Origin: a virus
Lineage: Duplodnaviria > Caudoviricetes
Strand: one strand, 5' to 3'
DNA: 52,519 nucleotides
Virus record (IMG/VR): IMGVR_UViG_3300029268_000023
Span: 1-52,519 of that record
A program made the position numbers and the translations under genes. This document shows positions 30,168 through 40,225 of the stretch, piece by piece (position 1 is the stretch's first letter; the number at the start of each line of letters is the position of its first letter). The notes below the pieces were generated by a model. It did not search any database, was not told the DNA's origin, and saw only the letters and a list, made by a program, of their open reading frames with translations.

Positions 30168-30905
30168 TTATGGTACTTTGACTGCGAATCCAGGAATCTT
30201 TGTTAGAATCGAAAGTGGTGCGCCTGTGATAGGACAAACTTGTAAATCTGGACAATATAGTTGAGCCTTTTGTCCACCAATATTTATACTTCCAACCGGT
30301 CCTTGTGTTATATTTATAGTTCCTTGAGGATCTATCTCAACAGATGCCTGACTTGTTGTCTGTGTCATTTTAATATAGTTGTCAACTTTAGTGTCACTAT
30401 GTCCTTTAATTTCAACATCAACATTTCCAAGACGATCAATTGTTAGTTGAGTTCCACTATTGTGAATAAATGTTAATAACTTTGAACGTCTATTCATCTG
30501 TAGAATATCACCTTCATCAGTTTTAAACAAAATCATTGTGTCTGGATAATCTGTATTACGCTCTTCTGGTAAGTTATTATTATCAAGCGCTTTTGTTGAG
30601 TAGTGTGGAGAATAAATATCACCTCTATCAAAATGTACATTGACAAATGTATCTATAGGAGGAACAATAAATGATCCTGCTTTACCTCCAACAAAACCAA
30701 ATTCTGGAATTGCCCAAGGTAAATCTTCATCTGCAACTGAATCATTGAATATACCATATACTCTAATTTTACAACGTCCTAATTTTGCAGGATCATTATT
30801 ATCAACAATTTTACCTTCATAATAGTGATAGTACTGCTCATTCAACTGACGTTCAAGAAACTTCTTAAGAAGTTCTGCAATATCATCATTCAATTGCTCA
30901 CGCAT
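30168..30905 (-). CDS. Baseplate central spike, gp5/VgrG OB-fold (no lysozyme domain)
   Basis: GKIVDNNDP.KLGRCKIRVYG, LPWA.P, H.SGT. Confidence 0.88.
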   Translation of the reverse strand: MREQLNDDIAELLKKFLERQLNEQYYHYYEGKIVDNNDPAKLGRCKIRVYGIFNDSVADEDLPWAIPEFGFVGGKAGSFIVPPIDTFVNVHFDRGDIYSPHYSTKALDNNNLPEERNTDYPDTMILFKTDEGDILQMNRRSKLLTFIHNSGTQLTIDRLGNVDVEIKGHSDTKVDNYIKMTQTTSQASVEIDPQGTINITQGPVGSINIGGQKAQLYCPDLQVCPITGAPLSILTKIPGFAVKVP

Positions 30906-32104
30906 TATGTTGCTCCATATTCCGGTCTATTTGTTCCTGGTCTATGTAATGATAACTGTTTTCTATAAATGTTGCTTTTAGAAATATTATGAATTATTCC
31001 TCCAACAATATATTCTCCAGAGTAAACTTCATTAATATTATCTTCTAATAACGAGGGAACAATTAAGTTAACTTTGTCAAATAATTTTACAGACTTGCTT
31101 GCATTGATATTGATCATCAGCGATTGGTTAAAGAACCCCCATTTTATATGATCATTTAACACAAGTGCTTCATAATATTTATTAAATACGTTCTTCTGTC
31201 TAATCTTAGTAAACAAAAATCCATAGTTTATTTGATCAATTATTTGTCCTTGATCACTTCTCAATGCATCATTTACAAAAGATGGACCTCGTGAAGATAT
31301 AATCTGTTTTTTATTCTGCATTGAATCAAAATCTATATAATTCAACTCAATTGCATTAGCATGTGTTTTGTTAGCATATCCTTCAATATTCTTCACATCA
31401 TATGAATTATACCATATAGTGTTATTATCTTCTTCACTTAAAATATTTTCACTATATTTCTGAAGATTTAGTTTAGCTGTTATATTATCCGATTTATTTG
31501 TCTCAAGAACTAATGACTTGTAATTTAATTTACCATTTGTTGATGCGTAACAAAACATGGTATCGTTTGATCTATAAGCTCTTTTGATAATATGTTGAAT
31601 CATTTGAAGATTGGTTTGATTAATCTGTAACCAAGTCATTGAATCATTAGTGGACATATTTTCAGATGACTCAAACTGCAAGCCCATTTCTGATGAAATT
31701 GATCTTACAACATCAATTGATGTTGATCCTCTATACGCTTTATTGTATACAGGAAAAAATGTATTGGTTGTTTTTAATAAACCAGTTAACATTATATTAG
31801 TTATTTTATTACTAACTGTATCAATAGTATGATCTTGTTTAATAAACTCTATTTCTAATAGTTCAGTATCATTAATATCTCTGCCAATAATTAAATGAAT
31901 AATTGTGTTATCTTTGATAACAGCTGCTTCTGATAAAACACCATCATCCATAATGATTAATTCTATACGTGGCAGAATATCAAATATCCATTCACGTATA
32001 GTACATGAAATAATATTCTGAGGGTTAAGTTCTATATCGTTTACATATATCTTACAATAGAAATTTTGACGCTGGGACAAATCAGCTTGTTGATTTATAG
32101 TCAT
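30905..32104 (-). CDS. Baseplate hub, gp27-like
   Basis: Position before gp5; YSGEYIVGGIIH C-terminal motif. Confidence 0.7.
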   Translation of the reverse strand: MTINQQADLSQRQNFYCKIYVNDIELNPQNIISCTIREWIFDILPRIELIIMDDGVLSEAAVIKDNTIIHLIIGRDINDTELLEIEFIKQDHTIDTVSNKITNIMLTGLLKTTNTFFPVYNKAYRGSTSIDVVRSISSEMGLQFESSENMSTNDSMTWLQINQTNLQMIQHIIKRAYRSNDTMFCYASTNGKLNYKSLVLETNKSDNITAKLNLQKYSENILSEEDNNTIWYNSYDVKNIEGYANKTHANAIELNYIDFDSMQNKKQIISSRGPSFVNDALRSDQGQIIDQINYGFLFTKIRQKNVFNKYYEALVLNDHIKWGFFNQSLMININASKSVKLFDKVNLIVPSLLEDNINEVYSGEYIVGGIIHNISKSNIYRKQLSLHRPGTNRPEYGAT

Positions 32105-32116
32105 TTTTGTTACCTA

Positions 32117-32449
32117 TTAAGATATAGATCGTTGTTTTGATCTAACATTTAGATAAAATAAATCTATATCACTTTTTGCAGGAATACTAATTATTTGGCC
32201 TATATTTAAATCATTCCATATATCATCAATTTTATTAAACTTCATTAATATCCACCAATATTCATCAGACCCATAAAACTTAAATGATAATATATCAGGA
32301 CGTTGTAAATCATCACGTTTAATAGCATAATATGTTATTTCAGAAGTCACTTTAAATAAAGTGTTAAAATAATTATTAGCTAAATCAGGTTCACTTATAC
32401 CATTAACTGTATTTGATGGAAAAAAATTTAATCTATTAAGACGTGCCAT
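32117..32449 (-). CDS. Baseplate wedge gp53/LysM-like
   Basis: RPDILSFKFYGSDEYWWILMKFN...GQIISIP. Confidence 0.85.
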   Translation of the reverse strand: MARLNRLNFFPSNTVNGISEPDLANNYFNTLFKVTSEITYYAIKRDDLQRPDILSFKFYGSDEYWWILMKFNKIDDIWNDLNIGQIISIPAKSDIDLFYLNVRSKQRSIS

Positions 32450-33333
32450 TATTGATTCACCACCCTTTTTCCACCAGATTTGGTTCCAAAAGACATATTA
32501 TCAATACCACCTCTTGTTAAAACCATAGCTTCACGAGATGATAAAGTTAAGCTTACATCCATAAATAAAGGTCCATCTGTTGTCATTTTATCAGACATAT
32601 CAAAACTAACACTTTCAATAACCATATCATCATGTTTAAACCAGTTACCAATTTGCACAGAAACAGGAGATGGAGATTCTGTTAAATTTAAGCTTCCTTC
32701 GCCAAGTTCACTTAAACTGTGTTGAAAATTGTCTGATAAATCACCTCCAACACTTTCTCCTAATGCACCTGTGGCAACTTTCCTAAAAGCTTCGCCACCA
32801 TATTTAATAATCATAGCTGCAATTGAATCAGGACTTTTATCTTTTATATCGTTTAAAAAATCCGCAATTTTAATATTTCTATGGGATCTTGGAAGAACAG
32901 ATGTCATTAACGCTAAAAATTGAGCCCATACTTCACCAGTGTTTTCCCAGTCTAAAACTCTAAATTCTGGTTGGATTGATAAATATCCTCCGCCACCTTT
33001 ATAGAACTTTTTTGTAACTAATCCAGCGGCTGTAAGACTGGTGCCACCTGTTCTTGCTAAGGCTGATCCACCCTTTTGAATGGCATTTAATATTGGATTA
33101 TTTCCCATGAGGTCAGATACCATTGAATCGAGTCCTAAAGTAGACCACTCAGCTGCTACATTGAAATTAATATTGTTCTTTAGTATTCCGACAATTTCAA
33201 TATCTGGCGTCTCTGTAAAAGCTCTACCTCCAGTTGGAGCAATTCTAATAGAATATGGTCCATCAACAGATGCATTAAAATATGTTTCATCATTGAACAA
33301 GTTATTGAAATCTATTTGGTTTAGAAAAGCCAT
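32449..33333 (-). CDS. Baseplate/tube initiator (gp48-like)
   Basis: Context; P.PVSVQIG...MVIESVSF...P..MDVSLTL. Confidence 0.55.
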   Translation of the reverse strand: MAFLNQIDFNNLFNDETYFNASVDGPYSIRIAPTGGRAFTETPDIEIVGILKNNINFNVAAEWSTLGLDSMVSDLMGNNPILNAIQKGGSALARTGGTSLTAAGLVTKKFYKGGGGYLSIQPEFRVLDWENTGEVWAQFLALMTSVLPRSHRNIKIADFLNDIKDKSPDSIAAMIIKYGGEAFRKVATGALGESVGGDLSDNFQHSLSELGEGSLNLTESPSPVSVQIGNWFKHDDMVIESVSFDMSDKMTTDGPLFMDVSLTLSSREAMVLTRGGIDNMSFGTKSGGKRVVNQ

Positions 33334-33334
33334 T

Positions 33335-35254
33335 TTATCCTCTTCCGTTTATCTGCACAGCAGATCTTTGATCAATTGATGTTTGATATTTCTTAGCAGC
33401 TAACATCTGACCTTCTACAATTCTATTTATAGTATTATCATCCAAAGACACAATTGTTACACCACTTGATGTTGTTTGAATCTTATTCTTAGGCAAATTC
33501 TTATTGTTAGCTTCATTAGAATTCTTAACAACAACTGGATCACCAATTTGACTCTTTTCTTCAACCATAGGGAAAGCGCCGGACTTCACATCAGCTCTAT
33601 TAACTCCAATTGGTTCAATATGCCAAGGTTCTTTTGTAGTCATTGGTTGATGAAATCCCCACTTTTTCATTAATCCAGAAGAAGCCATTTCATTAGCTTC
33701 ACGAGAATTAATGTCAAGAGCATATCCAAAGTTGTGAAGAGATCTACCTGGAGGAGCTGCATATCCAGCAGGACTTTCAGCAAACAATTTCTTTTGTGCT
33801 TCTATTGATCTAAAAGCTGAGTTAACCTGAACTGTTTTACCAGTTTGTTGATTATATTCATTAGCCATACCTTGAAAATTATTCATTACTGATGGTTGTA
33901 CACCTGATAAATCTACACCAGGTTGAGCTTTAAAACTATTAGATAATATAGTTCCAAGTTCAGATGCAGTTGATTTAATTCCAGTTGCTATGTTGGATAC
34001 TTTTGAAGCTGTTGGTTTTAATACTTTATCTGTAGCAAATTTAGTAGCACCTTTTATTCCACTTATTACAGCCTTTGTACCTTTTCCAACAAGATCTGCA
34101 CCTTTTTTAACAATTGGACTTTCAGATACAGCTTTTACCCATCCAACAACACTAAGCAACCATTGTCCAGATCCAGGGACCAATCTATCTAAGTTAGCTG
34201 CCATACTTTCAGCAGCTTCAAGAGGGTTGGTAAACGCTCCACCTATAGCTTTTGCTATTCCAATAAATGGACCAATAACTGGAATCTTTTCTAAATCAGC
34301 ATCTGTCTTCTTTGCAGCAGCTTTTATCGTTCCACCTGCTTCTTTTTTAGTAGCCATTTTAATGTCTCTAAAAAGAAGTAAAGCATCAATGCCCATACTA
34401 ACAACTGTACCTATACCAGGAAATATTGATGCTACACCAGAAGCTATTTCTCCAAGCCCTCCAACAATATCACCTTCACGAAATCTTTGAATACCAAACA
34501 ACAGTCCAATAATAGCACCAACACCAGGAATCTTTTTAAGAAGTGTTGCTGCACCTTTGCCAGCTAATTTTCCAGCACCTTTAGCTAAAGCTTTTGGAGC
34601 CAGTTTAGGACCTATACCTCCTAAAAGAGCTTTAAGAGGATCCATTAAGAATGAGTGAAATATTTCTGAGAAACCACCTTTTATACCAAGAACTTTAATA
34701 AATCTAACAGCGGTGTTAATACCTTTTAACCCACCTCGAGTTATATCAGCTCCTATTTTAATAAAACCTTTAATACCCTTTGCTACTTGTCCCCCGAAAG
34801 TGAATAATTCATTAACCATTTTGATAGGATTATATTTAAGTAACCCTTTAGCAAGTGAGCTTAGAAAACTTACTTTACCAGTTAATAAAAATCCAACAAG
34901 ACCACCAATAGCCATTAATGATTTTAGTCCACCAAATAAACTGGTACCTTTATCTTTTAACCACTTTTTAGTATTTTCTGCAGTTTGACTGGTGTTTTTA
35001 TCAATCTTCTTCAACATCTTCTCAGTAGCATCTGTTTTAGCAGATAGAAATTCATCTTTCTTTTTAGGAGCGGCTACTGTTCTCTTATATTGGTCTTCAG
35101 CTTTTTGCAGCTTTAAGAACGTAGTTAGCTCTTTAAGGCGGAGGTTGTTTTCCTTAAGAGCGTCCGTACGTTCTTTCTCTTTAGCTTTTCTAACTACATC
35201 GCTGTCAGCGCCATAAAGAGATTCCATTGTTGCTTTTGACATTCCTGTTGCCAT
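33335..35254 (-). CDS. Tape-measure/hub-like protein with C-terminal M15 (D-Ala-D-Ala carboxypeptidase-type) peptidase
   Basis: G/A/K-rich helical region with KKIPGVG; SAFRS...Q..., APPGRSLHNFGYALDI, EPWHIE. Confidence 0.78.
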   Translation of the reverse strand: MATGMSKATMESLYGADSDVVRKAKEKERTDALKENNLRLKELTTFLKLQKAEDQYKRTVAAPKKKDEFLSAKTDATEKMLKKIDKNTSQTAENTKKWLKDKGTSLFGGLKSLMAIGGLVGFLLTGKVSFLSSLAKGLLKYNPIKMVNELFTFGGQVAKGIKGFIKIGADITRGGLKGINTAVRFIKVLGIKGGFSEIFHSFLMDPLKALLGGIGPKLAPKALAKGAGKLAGKGAATLLKKIPGVGAIIGLLFGIQRFREGDIVGGLGEIASGVASIFPGIGTVVSMGIDALLLFRDIKMATKKEAGGTIKAAAKKTDADLEKIPVIGPFIGIAKAIGGAFTNPLEAAESMAANLDRLVPGSGQWLLSVVGWVKAVSESPIVKKGADLVGKGTKAVISGIKGATKFATDKVLKPTASKVSNIATGIKSTASELGTILSNSFKAQPGVDLSGVQPSVMNNFQGMANEYNQQTGKTVQVNSAFRSIEAQKKLFAESPAGYAAPPGRSLHNFGYALDINSREANEMASSGLMKKWGFHQPMTTKEPWHIEPIGVNRADVKSGAFPMVEEKSQIGDPVVVKNSNEANNKNLPKNKIQTTSSGVTIVSLDDNTINRIVEGQMLAAKKYQTSIDQRSAVQINGRG

Positions 35255-35257
35255 TTA

Positions 35258-35485
35258 TTAAGTACCTCCAAAAAATAATTTATCAGGTGAAGCATTTGGT
35301 TGTTTACGTTCAGAATCTTTTTCTTTAGATAAACGCTCATATTGCCACACAAACTCAAAAAACTCTACATCATCAAAAATAAACGGCGAACAGTGAAAGT
35401 AGTATCCCATATTAAAAGCAATTTCAAGGACATCACTTAATTTTATATTCGGGAAGAAAGAATTCTTCTCGAAACGATATCGCCG
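35258..35485 (-). CDS. Small conserved-looking ORF in the +1 frame of the upstream gene (tail chaperone 'T'-like); not in ORF track
   Basis: ...FFPNIKLSDVLEIAFNMGYYFHCSPFIFDDVEFFEFVWQYERLSKEKDSE...GGT*. Only ATG is at 35410, with no clear SD. Confidence 0.6.
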   Translation of the reverse strand, partial: RRYRFEKNSFFPNIKLSDVLEIAFNMGYYFHCSPFIFDDVEFFEFVWQYERLSKEKDSERKQPNASPDKLFFGGT

Positions 35486-36254
35486 TCAGGCTGTCACCTC
35501 CGCATTTCTCACATTTAACCTTTAGAACATTTGTAACACCACAATCATATTGTTTGATATAACTTACAATGTAAGCATAGTTCTGAGGGCCAACTTTGTC
35601 AGAAATTACATAATTATATCTATCAAGTAAACTTTCTTCTTTTCCATTAATAGAGTTAATCATTAATGCAACACTGAGAATTTCATCATCTATTTCTTTG
35701 AGAATGTTCTCATAAGATATCTTGAACTTAGTTGCATACTGCTCTTCTGCTACAGTTAGTAAATGAATTGTTAACTCATCTCCATTTGGAATGGAGAAAG
35801 TCATTTGATCATCTGACCAATCATCTGGCAAATAAGTAACATCTAAATTATTTAGTGTAAAATTGAATTCACCCTTTTCTTTGCAATGTTGACATTCAAA
35901 GTCAATTAGGAATCCGTTTTCACGATATGTGTTTGCTCTTAACCAAAAGATTAAAAACAATTTGTCAGCAATCAATAGATCATCAACATTTATACCAGTA
36001 ATTGATCTTTTAATAACATCGTTAACAACATAGTTTGCGTTAACATCTGTCATTGAGGATAGTTTCTTAACTTCAACTACTTTGAGAGGTCTTCCAAATA
36101 ACTTTGTGCCATCTGGATACATTTTTCCTCTACTTGGTAATCCTTCAATCTCCCATACATTAGGCTCTTTGATTTCTTGAGCTTTAATTGCAGGTTTCTT
36201 AACTGACGACTTCTTTTCAACAACACTTTCATCCACTTCTTCCATTCGTGGCAT
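35433..36254 (-). CDS. Baseplate hub assembly chaperone (gp26/gp51-like)
   Basis: LPSRG..Y, D...L...LR..TY, two CxxC, C-terminal FFLP. Confidence 0.75.
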   Translation of the reverse strand: MPRMEEVDESVVEKKSSVKKPAIKAQEIKEPNVWEIEGLPSRGKMYPDGTKLFGRPLKVVEVKKLSSMTDVNANYVVNDVIKRSITGINVDDLLIADKLFLIFWLRANTYRENGFLIDFECQHCKEKGEFNFTLNNLDVTYLPDDWSDDQMTFSIPNGDELTIHLLTVAEEQYATKFKISYENILKEIDDEILSVALMINSINGKEESLLDRYNYVISDKVGPQNYAYIVSYIKQYDCGVTNVLKVKCEKCGGDSLTAISFREEFFLPEYKIK

Positions 36255-36276
36255 ATTAACCTCCTTTTAAATAAAC

Positions 36277-36519
36277 TTAACTTATTGCAGATTTTTTCTT
36301 AAACATGTCAACCAGTTTCTTCAAACCAGCTTGACCGCTATCATGTGAAATCATTTTCTCAATCTCACTTTTATAGTATTTAGCATCATCTGTGCTAATA
36401 AACTTATCAGCTTGTTCCATTGATTTGGCAGCCTGATCAAGATGCATAATAGCTTGTTGTAAAAATGGTACAGCTTTTTTATAATCTGTAGCCTCTTTAA
36501 TATAATCATGAAAACTCAT
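36277..36519 (-). CDS. Putative internal head protein
   Basis: MSFHDYIKE N-terminus. Confidence 0.55.
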   Translation of the reverse strand: MSFHDYIKEATDYKKAVPFLQQAIMHLDQAAKSMEQADKFISTDDAKYYKSEIEKMISHDSGQAGLKKLVDMFKKKSAIS

Positions 36520-36532
36520 TTTATACTCCTAA

Positions 36533-36904
36533 TTAAAATTTACTACCCCACTTACCTTTCCATTCTTCTTCATCACCATGTTTATTTACATAACTATATA
36601 CTTTGCGATGAATTCCCATAACAGTGTTGTAAATATTATCCAACTCAATAAATTCTTTAAAACTCATTTTCTTATTCAATCGTTTCTGCTCTCTTACATA
36701 TCGATTATATAAATTATTCATAACATCATTTGTAAGAGTGTTTTTTATTGCTACCTGAACTAATTTTTTTGGAGCATTCTTTGAAAACCATCTACCTTTA
36801 TCAGTATCCATATCATTAAATATACTGTTTAGTTCTTGAACGATAATTTTTCTATATCCAGCCATATTTTCTTGGCCTTCATTTATAAAATCTTTAAACC
36901 TCAT
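36533..36904 (-). CDS. Putative internal head protein
   Basis: MRFKDFINE N-terminus. Confidence 0.55.
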   Translation of the reverse strand: MRFKDFINEGQENMAGYRKIIVQELNSIFNDMDTDKGRWFSKNAPKKLVQVAIKNTLTNDVMNNLYNRYVREQKRLNKKMSFKEFIELDNIYNTVMGIHRKVYSYVNKHGDEEEWKGKWGSKF

Positions 36905-36905
36905 T

Positions 36906-37550
36906 TTATACTCCTAACATAGCAGTTTTTAATTGATTTCGTACAGTTGAAGTTGTTAACAACTCTGGTATAGCTTTAATTGGTAAAAATTTCATATAAT
37001 CGGCACAGAAAGTTATATCATATCTAACAGCTTCTTTAGACGAATAGTCCAAAGTAATATCAGATGCATTTTGAAAGAATACATTTTTATATAGCCAGTT
37101 CTGAATAGTAATACCACTTTCATCTTCAGTCTGAATTAACATAAAATCTATTCTATTAACTTTTTGACTTCTATACGTACCACCAGACTCTCTATCTATA
37201 ATCTTTCTCTGTAGCCAATTAATAAAGTATGCGATTGTTCCAGAACTATCTTCCTCAAACGTAACAGTGATATCAAAACCATTAAAATCGTTCATTACTG
37301 GAAATGTTTTGGCTAATGGACCATATTTAATAACATCTTTACCAAAAGGATATTGAGGCAATGTTACACTAATAATGTGCCATGGTTTAATTATAGGCAT
37401 TGGTCCTATCTCATCTTCAAGTGCAACCTTTTCAGGAGTTGGATTGTCCCAAAATTCAACAAAGAATCTATGAGAGTGCTGTATTGATTTGACAGCATCA
37501 ATACCACTATAATATGATTGCAAAAATGTTGAATTAACTAATGGTGGCAT
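36906..37550 (-). CDS. Tail-tube-fold protein (gp19/gp54-like)
   Basis: SVTLP, ITVTFEED, ..LDYS...YDITF..D. Confidence 0.65.
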   Translation of the reverse strand: MPPLVNSTFLQSYYSGIDAVKSIQHSHRFFVEFWDNPTPEKVALEDEIGPMPIIKPWHIISVTLPQYPFGKDVIKYGPLAKTFPVMNDFNGFDITVTFEEDSSGTIAYFINWLQRKIIDRESGGTYRSQKVNRIDFMLIQTEDESGITIQNWLYKNVFFQNASDITLDYSSKEAVRYDITFCADYMKFLPIKAIPELLTTSTVRNQLKTAMLGV

Positions 37551-37559
37551 AAAATACCT

Positions 37560-38188
37560 TTATTCTAAGTCTATAATTTTATCAAATATTTTAGATAGTT
37601 TGTTTGCTTGAGAATGACCATCAAATAAGCTTATATTACGCATAACCCAATCAGAAATTTTCTTATATTCTTCTTTTTCAAACATATCAGCTACTTTTTC
37701 AGCTTGTGAGTGACCGTCTATCATATCGATGTTATCCATAAGCCAATCAGCTACTTGTTGATAAAGTTTTTGTAAATCTTTATTCTTATCTCCACCAGCA
37801 TCTTTTTTTACTGGTATAAACTTTTTAGTTGTTTTATCCCAAGAATGCGGAGTTTGTTCCTCCATACCACCAATTCTACCAGATCTAATAATTTGTCCAC
37901 TTTTATGAACATGAATGTTTTGATCATATAATTTTTTAGCTTTTTCTTCATCACTCATATTCATACCCTTAACTTCTGGATGAGCCATTGACTTTTTAAA
38001 GCTTTCGGTCCAATGAGGGTTTAAAACAAATTTATGGTCATATTTATGCCATTCAAAAGCTTTATGAGTGCCTTTTTGATAATAGATAGATCCTTTATAT
38101 GGTGTAACAATGAGATATAAATTCATTTTTTCATCTCATCTTCTCTCTTACTTTTAATTGACTCATTAATAAAATCTTTAAATCTCAT
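37560..38188 (-). CDS. Putative internal head protein; apparent frameshift at the A6 run 38126-38131
   Basis: AGGAG + MRFKDFINESIKSKREDEMKK* (38188) overlaps MNLYL...; one extra A fuses the two. C-terminal duplicated ..DW...NI...DGHSQA.K. Confidence 0.6.
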
Positions 38189-38201
38189 TTTTTATCTCCT
38201 T

Positions 38202-38753
38202 TTACACAACTTGATAATAATCATAGGTAAATTCAACTGAAAATTTCACTGATTCGTTACTGTTATAATCCAAAGACACTTCACTTAGGTTTGTTGGATA
38301 AGCATTTCTGAATCTTATAGCGCTATCCATCTCACTACCGTTATATTTATATAACTTTAACCATACATCTACAGCGTATTGCTTTTTGATAATAAAACTG
38401 CTTAAAGTTGCAGTCGGACTATATGGATCTGAACTACAAATAGATTGCATCCAGTTAGTAATTGTCTTATAAACCTTTTGATCTTCTCGCTCTTCTAAAG
38501 TAATACTTATTTTATTATCAAAAGATTGAGTAATAGGGAAAAGTTGTTTTTGACCATAGAAATAAGTTTCATATAAGTCAATTGTTCTTCCAGGTATAGC
38601 TATACTTTTGCATGCCATTATAATTTCATCAAATGTTAATTGTGAGGCTAACTGTGGAAGTTGAGGTATCCAAAATTGCCATAAAAAATTTCTTTGGATA
38701 TCAGCTTGATTCTTACCACGACCTTCTATAGTAAAATTATTTCCAGCTGGCAT
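38202..38753 (-). CDS. Tail-tube paralogue (gp19-like)
   Basis: DIQR.FLW, IPGR, YPT.LSEV.LDY, FSVEF.YD. Confidence 0.75.
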   Translation of the reverse strand: MPAGNNFTIEGRGKNQADIQRNFLWQFWIPQLPQLASQLTFDEIIMACKSIAIPGRTIDLYETYFYGQKQLFPITQSFDNKISITLEEREDQKVYKTITNWMQSICSSDPYSPTATLSSFIIKKQYAVDVWLKLYKYNGSEMDSAIRFRNAYPTNLSEVSLDYNSNESVKFSVEFTYDYYQVV

Positions 38754-38769
38754 TTATTGTTCCTTAGTG

Positions 38770-38808
38770 AGAAGAAATACAGGGAAAAGAACTCTCCCTG
38801 TATTTATA
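38770..38808 (-). terminator. Terminator hairpin whose 5' arm contains a late promoter
   Basis: TATAAATACAGGGA-gagttcttt-TCCCTGTATTT-cttct. Confidence 0.6.
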
Positions 38809-38817
38809 TTAAGCAGA

Positions 38818-39378
38818 TTATTGAGCGTCGAACAGAGTCCAAAGATCGTATTTGAAAGTTACACTATATTTGATACTCTCGTTACCATCATATGTTAGAG
38901 CTACGTCAGCTATATCTGATGGATACATGTTATAGAAGCGAACCCATTTCTCAGTTGGAGCTTGTCGTCCAAACTTATACATTTTTAGAAAACCATCTGT
39001 GACCATTCCAGCTCTTTTTCTTTCAGCCTCAGATGAGCCCGCAAATTCAGCTTCTGGATCTGGATTAAAGATTTTATTCTTCCAAGCATATAACGCTTTA
39101 AAGATATATTGATCTTCTGAGTCTTCGAATGTTACTTCTAAAGTATTTGAAAAATTTTCTTTTCCTGGAAATACCTGCTTTGTACCCATGAATACAGATT
39201 CTATGTGTTCATTAGTTCTTCCAGGAATGCTACATGTACGAGCACGAATAAGCAATCCCTCTTCAGATGCAATAGGAACAATATCAGCAATTCTTGGGAA
39301 CGATACTTCGAATAACCAAGAACGCTGTATATCTTGAATTGCACGCGCTCTATTTTCTATCGTAAAATTTGCGGCCAT
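38818..39378 (-). CDS. Tail tube protein gp19
   Basis: Follows sheath; DIQR..LFEV, IPGR, YPSDI..V.L.YD, YSVTF.YD. Confidence 0.82.
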   Translation of the reverse strand: MAANFTIENRARAIQDIQRSWLFEVSFPRIADIVPIASEEGLLIRARTCSIPGRTNEHIESVFMGTKQVFPGKENFSNTLEVTFEDSEDQYIFKALYAWKNKIFNPDPEAEFAGSSEAERKRAGMVTDGFLKMYKFGRQAPTEKWVRFYNMYPSDIADVALTYDGNESIKYSVTFKYDLWTLFDAQ

Positions 39379-39391
39379 ATTTTAATCCTCC

Positions 39392-40219
39392 TTAAGGTTT
39401 TGAAAATCTTTCGATTATCCAATTTTTATACTGTATACTATAACTCTTTTTATTGCTAAATGTAACTCTTATCATTTTGTAATTCAACTCTGGTTTGTCT
39501 AAGCAAAACTTTTTAATATCTGTTACATTATTGTATTCTATACTATTATTTATAAACCTATAAATAAATTTTGAATTATTGTTATTTGTACCAGATCCAG
39601 CAATTAATCTTTTATTTTTGTATTCATCACCTTGCTGTCTTGCTTTAGACATTTCACTTAATTTTCTTCTAATCTCATCTGGGTTAGAGTGTTTACATAT
39701 TTCATCAAGAGTTTTGCCTTTATGATCTGACACTTTACCTTTACGGGAAGAATTATCTCTTAATTTTTGTTTATGGTCTTCTGTTAATTTTCTACCAGTT
39801 AACGTATCACTTATTTTCTTTTTGATTTCTTCTGATGTTTTATGACCTATCATTCTTATTGATCGCTCATGGCGTTCTTTTTCAGATATCACTCTTTTGA
39901 ACCCACATACTCCTTCACCACCATCCGTCATATTCAATAAATTTCCAGTTTTATTAACTCTTTTACCATACTTCTTTATTAAACATTTTTCTAATATAAA
40001 TGCATCTTCTTCTGTTAGATGTTTTACCACAAATATTGTTTGAGGGTTCTCTTTATATTGATCAATATACTTTTTAACCCAGTTTAAAAAATATGTTCTT
40101 TTCTTTGATGAAAAAGCACTTGATAGATGATCTAAATATCTTCTTCCTTTTCCCTTTCCAACATACACAACTTTATCATTTATATCAAGATATGCATAAA
40201 CATAGAATTTTCTTTCCAT
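39392..40219 (-). CDS. GIY-YIG (LEM-3-like) homing endonuclease with NUMOD3-type repeats
   Basis: FYVYAY...YVGKGKG.R...H, E..LI..YG, L.NMTDGGEG; KKKIS..LTGRKLTEDHK. Confidence 0.85.
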   Translation of the reverse strand: MERKFYVYAYLDINDKVVYVGKGKGRRYLDHLSSAFSSKKRTYFLNWVKKYIDQYKENPQTIFVVKHLTEEDAFILEKCLIKKYGKRVNKTGNLLNMTDGGEGVCGFKRVISEKERHERSIRMIGHKTSEEIKKKISDTLTGRKLTEDHKQKLRDNSSRKGKVSDHKGKTLDEICKHSNPDEIRRKLSEMSKARQQGDEYKNKRLIAGSGTNNNNSKFIYRFINNSIEYNNVTDIKKFCLDKPELNYKMIRVTFSNKKSYSIQYKNWIIERFSKP

Positions 40220-40225
40220 TTAATA

